A stretch of DNA of 62,270 nt, counting the filler. It is 10 parts of 10 records of this genome, joined end to end, with 100 filler letters (N's around TTAATTAATTAA, not from the genome) between each part and the next. Parts side by side here need not be neighbours in the genome. Positions count along the whole stretch, not along the records: positions 1 to 6,636 come from SRR7504441_14631; positions 6,737 to 12,177 come from SRR7504441_14654; 8 more parts are not named here. One strand, given 5' to 3'. The translations under genes were made by a program, and so were the position numbers. Numbering within the stretch: the stretch's first letter is position 1; each line of letters starts with the position of its first letter. A model generated the notes under the pieces. That model was not told the DNA's origin. It searched no databases and saw only the letters and a program-made list of their open reading frames with translations. Shown in pieces: positions 1 to 10,022 of this stretch.

Positions 1-302
1 TCAAAACTCAACCGGCGAGACATTCAGATACCTCGGGTGGAATCCTGATGGCATACTCAACCGAATCGACGAGGGCGATGGTTTTCAAGAGCTGCTTGCT
101 GGAGGCTGGTGCTCGCCCTGATGGAACAGCACGAACTTGCCGGTCTCGGCGCCCTCGCGCAGGACGTAGGCCCCCGGGCTGCCGTCCAGGCACCGGGCCA
201 GCGGGTACCCCGTCAGGAAATGCATCCTGCCATTCGGCTCGGGTGCGGCACAGTAGCAGGCGAAGAGCCAGAGCACCCCCCGGTGAGCTGCCTCGGTGGC
301 AT
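1..302 (-). CDS. Pectin acetylesterase/NOTUM-family hydrolase, 5' part (runs off window start; start codon uncertain)
   Basis: ORF 85-276 has ARCLDGSPGAY...KFVLFHQG, the N-terminal signature of PAE/NOTUM. The nearest ATG (302) is out of frame (intron or homopolymer error). Confidence 0.6.
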
Positions 303-364
303 CCTAACGGAAGCCGTTGGATCACTCTGCGCCTCTCTTCTTGTCGAAGAAGCACTCGGTCGAC

Positions 365-1401
365 ATGAGCGGAGAGGAGCCAAAGCTGCCGCACGCAGAC
401 CTGCAGGCCGAACTGGACAAGATCCGGGCCGCGCGCGGCTTCGACGCCGCCGACTGGGTGAACAAGAAGGTGGACATGTTCAACGAATTCATGCGCAAGG
501 CCGGGCTCAAGGCCTGCTGCGTTTCCGTGTCGGGAGGGATCGACTCCAGCGTCACCCTGGCCCTGATGGTGGCCGCCTCCAAGCGGGAGGGCTCGCCGAT
601 CGAGCGGGTGCTCGGGATCGCTCAGCCGATCTGCTCCACCCCCGGGTGCCGGCCGGTCAGATGGCAGTTGAGCGGGGGGCAGGATCCAGAACCGGGCGTA
701 CGACGTGGCCACTGCGCTCGGGGCCGAGTGCATCACGGTGGATCAGACGGCGCTGCACGGCCAGCTTTCGAGCCTGGTGGAAGGCGCGCTCAAGATCGAC
801 GGCCAAGGGTTTGCCAAGGGGCAGCTGCGCTCGTACATGCGGACGCCCGTGGGCTACTACGTGGCGCAGCTGCTGAGCCAGAACGGCACCCCGTGCGTGG
901 TGATGGGCACCGGCAACTACGACGAGGACGGCTACCTGATGTACTACTGCAAGGCTGGGGACGGCGTGGTGGATGTGCAGCTAATCGCTGACCTGCACAA
1001 GTCGGAGGTCTTCAGGGCCGGCCAGGTGCTCGGCGTGCCCAACAGCGACTGGTGAGCATGCCGGCCCGGCCTGAGTGACCGTCCGGGGCAGGGCGCACTA
1101 CCCGCCGTCTGCCGACCTGTGGGAAGGCCAGACTGACGAGGAGGAGCTTGGTGCGTAGCCCGAGGACAACCAAGGGCTGAGCGCGGCTGCAGGTATGAGC
1201 TACGACTTTGTCGAACTGTACACCGAGTACCTCGGGATGGAGTCGCAGGCCCAGCAGGCGCTCAAGGCCGCTCTCACGCCGGAGGCACTAGCCTACTTTG
1301 ACGAGAAGGCTGCGGCTGCCGACCAGGTGCACCGGCGGAACCGGCACAAGGCCAACTCGCCGCTCAACCTGAACCTGATGTCGGTGCCGTTCACGGTTTA
1401 G
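365..1401 (+). CDS. nadE: NH3-dependent (single-domain) NAD+ synthetase; 3 introns (646-682, 1052-1091, 1151-1192)
   Basis: VSVSGGIDSS PP-loop, MGTGNYDE, KAGDGVVDVQLIADLHKSEV and PPSADLWEGQTDEEELG join in frame after removing 37-, 40- and 42-nt GT-AG introns. Confidence 0.9.
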
Positions 1402-1565
1402 CTGACATAGTGCGAGAGATACACACCCGATGGCTGATACCAACGGATCCTTCGCATTGTCGTTGTATACGGAATATTTAAATGAAGACTGGAGTGAAGC
1501 GAGAAATTGAACATTAATATTAATAATTTTGAATTTTGATTTACGAGTATAGACGCACGCAATGG

Positions 1566-2718
1566 TCACTTATCAATGGCTGTGATCGCAGCCATCATAC
1601 CTAATCCGACAAAGTAAGCAAGCAGCTTGTGCAGCTTCCAAAGCGAGCCGTGAGACATCTCTTTGGGCAGAATCTCGACCACGCCGATATACAAGAAAGT
1701 CCCAACCGCTAGCCCTTGGGTGACGCCTTGCACTAGAGCACTAGCTTTGATGGCCAGCCCGATCACAACTCCGAGCGGCGTCACTATGCTGGCGATCACC
1801 ACAGAGATCCAGAACTGGACTGACCCGACGTTCGACCTCAGAAGGGCTATCGCCAGCGCGAATGAGCCCACTGGGCCGTGCGCCGATATGGCCAGCAGGA
1901 CCACTCGGAAGATGTCCTGCTTGCACGTGGTCCCTAGGGCCAGCCCTTCGAATATGCCGTGAATAGACAGCGCTACCACGATCGCGTACGCCCCGACCCC
2001 AGACTGGGCCTTCATGCACATCGCCTCCGTCTCACAGCCGTTCTCCACCTGCAGCTGCAGCAGCGGCCGGCCCTCGTTCGGGCTGACTTTGGGCTTGTCG
2101 GTTGAGACCTTCGCTGCGACTTTCCCATCTCCGACCTCCAGATCCCCGCCCGACCCATAGTCCGCCGACACGACCCCGAGTCCGTGCGCCTCCCCGCAGT
2201 GCCGGTGCCCCTGCCCGTCCACCAGCAGCGTAGAGCGCGGACTGAGCGCCGCCATGATAGCCGCCTCGGTCCGGCTACGGGTGCGGGCGCAGCACTGATT
2301 CTCGGGCCCCTGCGCGGGCACCGGCGCGTAGTCCGGGCCGGGCGGCCGGTGCTGGCACCAGACTACAACCTCCTCCATAACGAGAACAGCGCTGAACCCT
2401 CCGATCGCCAGCAGGGCCGCCACGGGATAGCTGGTGCTGCTGGCGGCCTCGATCTGGGCGATGCACTCGGGCAGCAGGTCGAGCAGCCCACCCGCCAGAA
2501 AGACCCCGGCCGAGAACATGTTGGCCACCCCAAACCACTTCTGGCGCCCCGGGTGACCGGCCGGCCGGGGGCGGCCGCACCTTGATCAGCGGGTCGTCCT
2601 TGCCCAGGTGGTGCCGGATGCAGAACGGGAGCACCGCCCCGCACAGCTGCCACACGAACAGCCCCACCGCCCCCCCGAGCTTGCCCCCCACCAGGCAGCA
2701 GCCCGGGTCCGACCCCAT
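1566..2718 (-). CDS. ZIP (SLC39) zinc/iron transporter; intron 2541-2580
   Basis: NMFSAGVFLAGGLLDLLPE, ALSIHGIFEGLALG, AVGTFLYIGVVEILPKE. The first TM exon (MGSDPG...) joins via a 40-nt intron. Confidence 0.88.
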
Positions 2719-2770
2719 AGCGCGCACGGCAGCTCGCGGGCACGAGTGGTGGCGAGTGGCTCCCTCCGCC

Positions 2771-3844
2771 ATGATGGAGGAGCGGCCGCGGTCGTCGTCG
2801 GTGCCGGCGGTTCCGGGCGACGCGGTTCCGAGCAGCCCGCGGATGGTGCGCCGGGGCCGGGCGGCCACCATCGCCGGCTCGCTGGTCCCGGAGCTGCGCT
2901 CGCTGCTGACTGAGGAGCAGCTGGAGGAGCACAGTAAGCCGGAGCACCGGGTGTGCTGCTGCTGGATGAGCGGGACCGCGCTCTCGCTGCTCACGATGGC
3001 CGGGCTGTTCAGTCTGATCACGGCGGTCCAGTTCGTCTTCGGCACAATCGCCAACTCGATGGCGCTGCAGGCAGATTGCCTGTCCATGGGCATCGACGCG
3101 CTCACCTACTTGCTCTCGCTGCTGGTCGAGTGCTGGCCGACCACTGAGCCCGGTCGGAAGCAGGAGATCGAGCTGGGGATGGCCGGGCTTTCGTACTGCA
3201 TATTGCTCGGGCTGACGCTCTGGTTTATTTCTGAGGCGGCCGAGGCCTTTCAGAGCAACGACGACGAGGAGGAAGTCAACGGCTGGATCGTGTTCGGGTT
3301 CGCCGCGGGCGGGATCCTGTTCGACGCGGTGTCGCTTCTGGTTGCTGTCAAGTGCCAGGACCAAGCTGCAACCGACGAGCCTGCAGAGGAGAGCGGGGGG
3401 GGCTGCGGCATGAATGCAAACCTGTACGCCGCAGTGGGCCACGTGCTGTCGGACACGCTGCGCTCGTTCACCACGCTGGTGCTCTCGATCATGCTGCTGT
3501 GCTCGTCCGGCGAGGACGGGGGCAAGCTGGATTGTGTCGCGACTCTCATAGTTTGCTCTGTTATTGTGATCGGCACGCTCTGGGCAATGTATGGCTGGGC
3601 TGTCGCCGTGAGCGACGGCCGGTGTGCGGTGCAGAACTGTTTCAAGCCGGCGGTTGCGGGCGCCGATGTGGAGATGCCGAGTTCGGTGGAGCCTACCAAA
3701 GTGCCGACGAGTGAGACCTTGGACAAGCCTCCGGAGCGCGACGACACTGTCCAGACCGACTCGTCCGACGAAGACGTTGCGGAGGCCCCGGCGCGCATTG
3801 CTGACAAGGCTGGTTGTGAGGGCCCGGCCGCCGCGACGCAATAG
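2771..3844 (+). CDS. Cation diffusion facilitator (CDF/ZnT-like) metal transporter
   Basis: ANSMALQADCLSMGID (TM2) and NLYAAVGHVLSDTLRS (TM5 HxxxD); six hydrophobic segments. Confidence 0.8.
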   Translation: MMEERPRSSSVPAVPGDAVPSSPRMVRRGRAATIAGSLVPELRSLLTEEQLEEHSKPEHRVCCCWMSGTALSLLTMAGLFSLITAVQFVFGTIANSMALQADCLSMGIDALTYLLSLLVECWPTTEPGRKQEIELGMAGLSYCILLGLTLWFISEAAEAFQSNDDEEEVNGWIVFGFAAGGILFDAVSLLVAVKCQDQAATDEPAEESGGGCGMNANLYAAVGHVLSDTLRSFTTLVLSIMLLCSSGEDGGKLDCVATLIVCSVIVIGTLWAMYGWAVAVSDGRCAVQNCFKPAVAGADVEMPSSVEPTKVPTSETLDKPPERDDTVQTDSSDEDVAEAPARIADKAGCEGPAAATQ

Positions 3845-4025
3845 CGTTGATTGATTAGTGATTAACTCCTTATTGTAAATCCAACCTTAGACCCAATTTA
3901 GCCCTAATTTAGCCCCCCATCTAAACTCCGGCTTGATGAGCATAATAAGTATATACTTGCTCAACACAATTTAGATTAATCAGCATAATGCGCAAACTAT
4001 ATTATCTACTATAGTACCACCCGCA

Positions 4026-4715
4026 CTAGTGCTCTTTGGACTCCCCGAGTGTCGAGCGCAACCCCGGCTCAAACTCCCCGTCAATCAGCACAAACGCCAT
4101 CCGACACGGCTGGTCGAACGAGTTCTTCCAGGCGTGGTTGGTCCCGCGCTGCACCAGCACGTCCCCCGGCTCCATCAGCACCTCGCCCTCGTCCAGCACG
4201 CAATAGATACGGCCCTCCAGGCACAGCGCGTAGTCCAAAGTCTCCGACCTGTGCATCAGCGGATGCCGTGCAGCCGAGCCCACGTCTGTGAGCGGGAGCC
4301 AGTTGCCCGACGACCGGCCTATTTTGTCTATCCAGCTAGCTTCCGGCGAGAATTCGATTATCCGAAACGTTGTGCCTCCCCGCGGCGGCAGCAACGGCAC
4401 CGCCGCCCCAGCGGGGCATGGCTCGTCCTCGGCGGCCGGGATGGTCGGCCGGGGCCTGTGCGTTCGCCACAGGTTGTTGACTTGCACGCCGTCACGCCCG
4501 GGTGGCTCGAACGCGTTGGGTGCCGGCCGATCCTCGAGCACCACGGCTTTCCCGTGCCCGTCGTGCCCGGTGACGATCCGACGGACCGACTTGCCCCACA
4601 CCCGCCGCCGCTCGGCCGCCTCCTCTGAGCGTGCGGCCACCGACCCGCCCGCCACCGCCGCCGTGGCCGCCGCGGCAGCCCGAAACAAAGGCCTGCTCGG
4701 GAGCAAGGCCACCAT
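4026..4715 (-). CDS. Cupin-domain protein with Ala/Arg-rich N-terminal extension (possible mitochondrial presequence)
   Basis: RRIVTGHD...MHRSETLDYALCLEG...GDVLVQRGTNHAWKN cupin motifs. Confidence 0.82.
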   Translation of the reverse strand: MVALLPSRPLFRAAAAATAAVAGGSVAARSEEAAERRRVWGKSVRRIVTGHDGHGKAVVLEDRPAPNAFEPPGRDGVQVNNLWRTHRPRPTIPAAEDEPCPAGAAVPLLPPRGGTTFRIIEFSPEASWIDKIGRSSGNWLPLTDVGSAARHPLMHRSETLDYALCLEGRIYCVLDEGEVLMEPGDVLVQRGTNHAWKNSFDQPCRMAFVLIDGEFEPGLRSTLGESKEH

Positions 4716-4826
4716 GCCGTTACTAGGGCGTTGTGCCGTTACCGGCGCCACGTGTTCAACGGTGTTTGAAGCGTTCGAAGCTTAGCACACACTCGGCTGA
4801 CTACACGTGGCGCCGGCCTCCGTGAT

Positions 4827-5600
4827 ATGAGCATCTTGATCACTGGGGCCACCTCCGGGATCGGTCGGGCGGCGGCCCGGTTGTACGCCCAGCGGGGCGG
4901 GCCGGCCACCCGGATCGTTATCACTGGCCGCCGGCAGGCGCTGCTCGACGAGGTGCGCGCCGAGGTGGAGGAGGCCGGCGGCAAGGCGCTGCCGCTCTGC
5001 GTGGACGTGAGCGACAAGGAGGCGATGTTCGGGGCGGTGGAGGGGCTGCCGGCCGAGTTCGGCCAAGTGGATATCCTAGTGAACAACGCCGGGCTGGCGC
5101 TCGGAGTAGACCCGGTCAATGCGGGCGAGACCGACAATTGGGACAAGATGATCGACGTCAACTGCAAGGGGCTGCTGTACGCCACAAAGGCCGTGCTCCC
5201 GGGGATGCTCGAGCGCGGGACTGGGCATATCGTCAACGTCGGGAGCGTGGGCGGCAGCTACGCGCTCCCTGGCGGGAATGTGTACTCGGCTTCAAAGGCG
5301 TTTGTGAATCACCTGTCGCTGTCCATGCGGGCCGACCTGTACGGCAAGGGCGTCCGGGTGACCTGCGTGGAGCCCGGCAACACTGAGACAGAGTTCTCTG
5401 TGGTCCGTTTCGGGGGCGACGAGAAGAAGGCTGAGCGAGTGTATGAGGGCGCCAGTGCGAAGGTGGCGATGACGGGGGACGATGTAGCAGAGATTATTCA
5501 CTTCTGCACGTTGGGAGTGGGGAAGCACGTCAACATCAATAGGATCGAGATGATGCCCGAGCGCCAAGGCTTCTCTCCATTCGCTTTCGACCGGTCGTGA
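4827..5600 (+). CDS. Short-chain dehydrogenase/reductase, YdfG-like
   Basis: TGATSGIG, LVNNAGLALG, YSASK, VEPGNTETEFSVVRF, HVNINRIEMMP. Confidence 0.88.
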   Translation: MSILITGATSGIGRAAARLYAQRGGPATRIVITGRRQALLDEVRAEVEEAGGKALPLCVDVSDKEAMFGAVEGLPAEFGQVDILVNNAGLALGVDPVNAGETDNWDKMIDVNCKGLLYATKAVLPGMLERGTGHIVNVGSVGGSYALPGGNVYSASKAFVNHLSLSMRADLYGKGVRVTCVEPGNTETEFSVVRFGGDEKKAERVYEGASAKVAMTGDDVAEIIHFCTLGVGKHVNINRIEMMPERQGFSPFAFDRS

Positions 5601-5899
5601 CAAGGCAACAAGCCGTGTCACCACTGACCGGCTGGTGTGACCGGGCTGCCCGCAAGACCGAATCGCAGATTTGACATTCAACCTAACACGGCCCACCTGG
5701 CCGCGAGTCGGGCCTGAGGCTCGCCTTAAGCCATCCTCGAGCCTGTGCTTTGACCGGCTAGGCGCAAGATAAAAACAGTTCTAATTCTTAACTTTGACTT
5801 GATTTTATCAAAACCCTCGTGGCAACGACGGGACTGAATTGCGAGGTTCCAAAGTTTTGATCGTCGTGCGATTGTCGGTTTCCCTTGGCTAGCCCTAGC

Positions 5900-6636
5900 A
5901 TGAGCCGTATCATGAATATCATCAGGTCGAGGCGTCCGTTATTGGCCGTTGTCGCCGGGTACCCGCACTTGCCTCGGTCAGCGAGCATGTCGCGGAGCTT
6001 TGGGGCGAGCATGGGCTCCAATCCGCGGGTCGATGAGCCGGAGCGCTGCTCTGTGGACCTCGGATCGGCCAGCGCGGCGCACGACTCGGCCGACAACCAG
6101 CAGCTGTCCGGCTGGTCGCAGTGGAAGCTTGTGGCCGGCAAGACCTGCCGGCTGCTCTGGAGGGATACCTGCATGACCGGGTGCATCGTGCTGTCCCCGG
6201 CGCTGATCATCCTGCTGGTCTCCTGTCTGGTGCTGCTCGGTGGATCGGACAAGTACGACGCGTCGATGTACACCTCCTCCACTATGCGCGACGCCCAAAT
6301 GGCCACCGCGGTCAGCGACCACCGGGACGACAAGTTCGACGTGTTCAGACAGACCGACCAGTACATCGGCGACGTGCTGTTCGCCTCCGCCACCAGCACG
6401 GTGAGCTCTGCCCAGCTCGGGAGCCTGTGCACCTATGTGATGAACACGCACAGCGCCTACGCCGACGCGGTGGGGGTGGCCACCGGCAACCCACGGTGGG
6501 GCATCGACAGCTCGAATGTGATGCCCCAGACCTGCAGCGGCAGCTCGTGCGGCTGCGCGGTCGGGACTCAGATCTTCACCGACGTGGCCTCGCTCGACGC
6601 CAAGCTGCTCTCGCTGGCAGCTAACGGAGTGTATCG
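5900..6636 (+). CDS. Membrane protein, probably ABCA transporter N-terminus (truncated by contig end; start uncertain)
   Basis: WSQWKLVAGKTCRLLWRD...SPALIILLV resembles the ABCA N-terminal helix/TM1 followed by an exoplasmic domain. Confidence 0.45.
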
Positions 6637-6736
6637 NNNNNNNNNNNNNNNNNNNNNNNNNNNNNNNNNNNNNNNNNNNNTTAATTAATTAANNNNNNNN
6701 NNNNNNNNNNNNNNNNNNNNNNNNNNNNNNNNNNNN
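6637..6736. other. Artificial contig linker (N44-TTAATTAATTAA-N44). Identical linkers at 12178-12277, 16544-16643, 29098-29197, 35582-35681, 42357-42456, 48521-48620, 54916-55015, 59007-59106
   Basis: Identical 100-bp spacer with stops in all six frames. Confidence 0.98.
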
Positions 6737-8088
6737 GCCGATTTGCGGACCAAGTACTGCCCCAAAATGCCCAGCTGGTCCAAGTGCAAGGAGTATGAGG
6801 ACAAGCCGCAGCCTCCTGCAGGCGTGTTCACGCCGCTGAACTTCGTGGAAGGCGTCGAGGCTGCTTCGGCCAACCCACACGCCACGATGTGGTGCCTGAA
6901 TCTGCTCACGTTGTCTGAGGCAGATACGCTCAAGCAAGTCGATAGGTTGCTCGCCGACGGAGTGAAAGTGGGCCGGATTGAGATGGGCAACGAGTACTTC
7001 TTTAAGCAGTTCGACTGGAAGTATCCCACGGGCGAGTCCTATATGGAAAAGATCCAGGGAGTGATTGGAAAGGCGCGGGCTGCGTGGCCTGGAGTCAAGG
7101 TGGGTGTCGTGGCGCAAGGCGATGGAGGCCAGTGGGACAAGGGCGTCGCCAAACACCCGCATTTATTTGATGCTGTAACTGTGCACGCATATGGGCCTGA
7201 GAAAGACGAGGTTGCGAAGTACCCCAAATCACAGCAAGCCAGCGTTTTGAGCACCAGTGGCGAGGCAATTGTGGCGGGGATTGAGAATAAGCTCAGGGCC
7301 GTGTTTAGTGGCAAGCAGGTCTGGCGGACTGAATTCAATTATGGCCCGAGCTACGCCTCGACCTTGCCGGACGTGCCTGGCGCAGCGGATGGCGCGATAC
7401 ACGGCATGTTCTGGGCCTCGCATGTTCTGGCTTCCGTGCAGCGCTACGGTTATGCCGGCAACACTGGCGTATTCTTTCGAGCAAACTTCCTGCAGCGGTT
7501 CGGGCTGTACGCACGGATTCAAGGCGAATCTGGTCAAATCAACGGGGCCGGTGGGCGCCCTAGCATTTGTCACATCTGGATCCTGACTTGACCCGTTATG
7601 CAGGGCAAATCATATCCCATGTATCGACCGCTGCATTGGGAGGCGGTGCATTCAAGATGGCAATGAAACCTGTTTCCTTGGGATGCAACCCATCTGCCGA
7701 CTTTGTTGCCAATTATAAGTACGCCAACTCCGAGAGGCCCAAGTGTCTGCAAGCTGCCGCTTTTGTATCTAGTGACCGGAAGTCCCACGCATCGTTCGTG
7801 CTGCTGAATTCTTGTAAAAACATGCAAGTCTTTCTGGACTTCACACATAGCCTGTTGGTATCAGCTCTGGATGACAGTGTTTTTGACATTGTGCTCACAC
7901 AATACCAATCGACGGATCTGGGTGGTTGGGCAAATGTGCCTCCGAAGCCGTCTCAACACCCGTGGTCGACCGGTCCGCTCACTCCCATCGTGAAGCGGAA
8001 AACAGCCAGAGGAAGCGAACTCAAATCGGTCCAAGTATGGACGACGGATGCTGCGCTGACGGTTGCCACCGCAACATTGCGCGAGTAG
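6737..8088 (+). CDS. Clan GH-A glycoside hydrolase (GH79/GH51-like), 5'-truncated; intron 7551-7603
   Basis: IEMGNEY (acid/base), DAVTVHAY, WRTEFN (nucleophile), then a C-terminal beta-sandwich-like region. Confidence 0.65.
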
Positions 8089-8268
8089 TCACCTTTTTAT
8101 GTATACCAGTAAGCTTATGCTTTAACTGAATGAATTGACGTACAGCTAATAGCTGTACTGGTACTACAAAGTACTCGTTGATCTATACTTGTTCGTGGAA
8201 GCAGAAGCTTCATCGCCCAGCGGGCGGCAGTGGGCACGGTGGCGCAGTGCAGCCCAACTCGGCAGTCT

Positions 8269-9945
8269 ATGGCGCCCACCAACGAGGTGGCCTCGGCGCT
8301 GCAGCGACTGCTGCGGGGCCCTGACGGGGCTGCGCCGCTGCCGAGCGCGCGGGCGGCGGCGGAGGAGGCGGCGGCAGTCAGCTGCAGCCTGGCCGGCACC
8401 AGCGGTGCCAACCAGCGCCAGCGGGCCGTATCACTGTGGCTGCGACTCCAGTCTGCAGCCAGCCAGGAGCAGGCAGCCGGACAAGAGCGCGACCAGGCCG
8501 TGAAACGAGTCGACAGGCTGCGCTCCGAGCTCGCAACACAGGAGCAGGCCCGCCTGCAGGCTGAGAGCGCCTATGAGCAGGCCCGGCAGGCGGCGGCCAC
8601 GGCCCAGCTCCGTCTGGCCGTGTTTGCTGCTTGCTGCGCCGGGGCGGGAGTGCCGGCCAGCGGGTGGGCTGACGCTGTACCCGCGCCGCAGCGGACAGTC
8701 AAGCCGGAGCAGAGCTCAGGGCCCGAGCAGCCACCTGGATCGGAGGGGGGCAGCGACGACCGCCGACAGCCGCCCGACCCTAGGCCGGGCAAGCGGCCGC
8801 GACTGGCCGATCCGCCAGCTATCAATGGCCAACCAACGCATGCTGCTGCAGCTGACGAGCATGGCGGGAGGGTTGAGTGTGACCGGTCGGTGCCTGCTGC
8901 GGCTAGCGGGCGAGGGAAGGGAGTGAGCGGCCGACCGGTGACAGCTGGGGCTCGCCGGAGCTTGCTACCACTGGCCCGGAGCAGCGGGGCAGACCGGGCA
9001 ATGCTGGAGCGTGTGCTGCAGGGCCAGATGCCAGAGGCACCGAGCGCCCACCCGGCCCGCTCTCATCCGGCCAGCACGGCACCCATAGAGGTAAGCGCCG
9101 CCCCGATAGACGTGCGCGGTCCCATAGAGCAGCACGGCTTGACCGGGGGGGTGCTGGCTGCGCCCCCCAGCTTGTATCGGACTGGGGAGGTGGTGTCTGC
9201 GCCGGAGGGCAACGGTGGTAAACGGGCAGTGACCGCTTCCACGACTGGACAAGCGGTGGTTCGATGGCAGCATCCGGAGGCCAAGAAGGCGCTGGGCGAG
9301 GACTCGCCACAGCTGTTCAGCCAGCTTTCAAGTGAAGGGCTGCTCGATCAACTCACGGCGTGCAAAGTGCTCGGCCTGCGGCTGGTCGAGACTACTCTGG
9401 CGCGTGTCCCAAGCATGGACAGCGGCTCGTCCGGGCGGCGAGGCTCCGCAGCTGCTAGCCGTAGCTACGAAGCCGCTAGTCTAAGTGTGCTGCTCGAATT
9501 AGGCCGTAGCACATGCGCCTTGCCCTACTGGCACAGGACCATGCAAAGCTTCGTGTTTGTGTTCGTCCGTTGCTCTACAATCGTGCTCGAGTCGCCAAAC
9601 TACGGCAGGGCGACCTATCTGTTCCGAGCTAGTGGGTTGATGCCGATAGAGGAGCAGTTAGCTCAGTTGTCTAAGGTGATGGCTCGCCCAGAGGGGTTCC
9701 GCCAAGCGATCGTAGAAAACTGGAGTCTGGAGCGGCTGCAGCGGGAGCAGAATATTGACGAGCTGCTGACGAGCTTTGGAAACCCTCCGCTGACCACGGG
9801 ACTTGGGGGGCTGCTGCACTTTAAAGCTCGTGTCATGCACCACACCGGATGTGGAATATTCAAGAGAGACGAGTACAAGAAGCGAATGGTGGCTCAATTG
9901 TCTGAAGGGCTGCTCTCAGGCACGATTAGATCCGTCGAACGCTAG
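8269..9945 (+). CDS. Hypothetical protein (N-terminal coiled coil, low-complexity linker, globular C-terminus)
   Basis: Long ORF ending at an AT-rich 3' region; no recognised family. Confidence 0.55.
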   Translation: MAPTNEVASALQRLLRGPDGAAPLPSARAAAEEAAAVSCSLAGTSGANQRQRAVSLWLRLQSAASQEQAAGQERDQAVKRVDRLRSELATQEQARLQAESAYEQARQAAATAQLRLAVFAACCAGAGVPASGWADAVPAPQRTVKPEQSSGPEQPPGSEGGSDDRRQPPDPRPGKRPRLADPPAINGQPTHAAAADEHGGRVECDRSVPAAASGRGKGVSGRPVTAGARRSLLPLARSSGADRAMLERVLQGQMPEAPSAHPARSHPASTAPIEVSAAPIDVRGPIEQHGLTGGVLAAPPSLYRTGEVVSAPEGNGGKRAVTASTTGQAVVRWQHPEAKKALGEDSPQLFSQLSSEGLLDQLTACKVLGLRLVETTLARVPSMDSGSSGRRGSAAASRSYEAASLSVLLELGRSTCALPYWHRTMQSFVFVFVRCSTIVLESPNYGRATYLFRASGLMPIEEQLAQLSKVMARPEGFRQAIVENWSLERLQREQNIDELLTSFGNPPLTTGLGGLLHFKARVMHHTGCGIFKRDEYKKRMVAQLSEGLLSGTIRSVER

Positions 9946-9967
9946 CCAAGAATTCATGATAATTATT

Positions 9968-9993
9968 ATATTGTATTGTATTGTATTGTATTG
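9968..9993. repeat. (TATTG)n microsatellite in convergent intergenic region
   Basis: About five tandem TATTG units. Confidence 0.8.
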
Positions 9994-10022
9994 TTTGCTT
10001 TAAATAATAGTGCACTGGTCAA

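Noticed and set aside
705-1055. Apparent frameshifts or alternative genetic code in split genes
   Set aside because: Explained by short spliceosomal introns; TAA, TAG and TGA all serve as stops.
2363-3841. Long antisense/overlapping ORFs (also 27345-28268, 49717-51162, 5' parts of 20623-22878 and 52550-54742)
   Set aside because: Shadow ORFs from high GC content opposite real genes.
6681-6692. Repeated TTAATTAATTAA within N runs (nine times)
   Set aside because: Artificial contig linker, not biology; also invalidates synteny across it.
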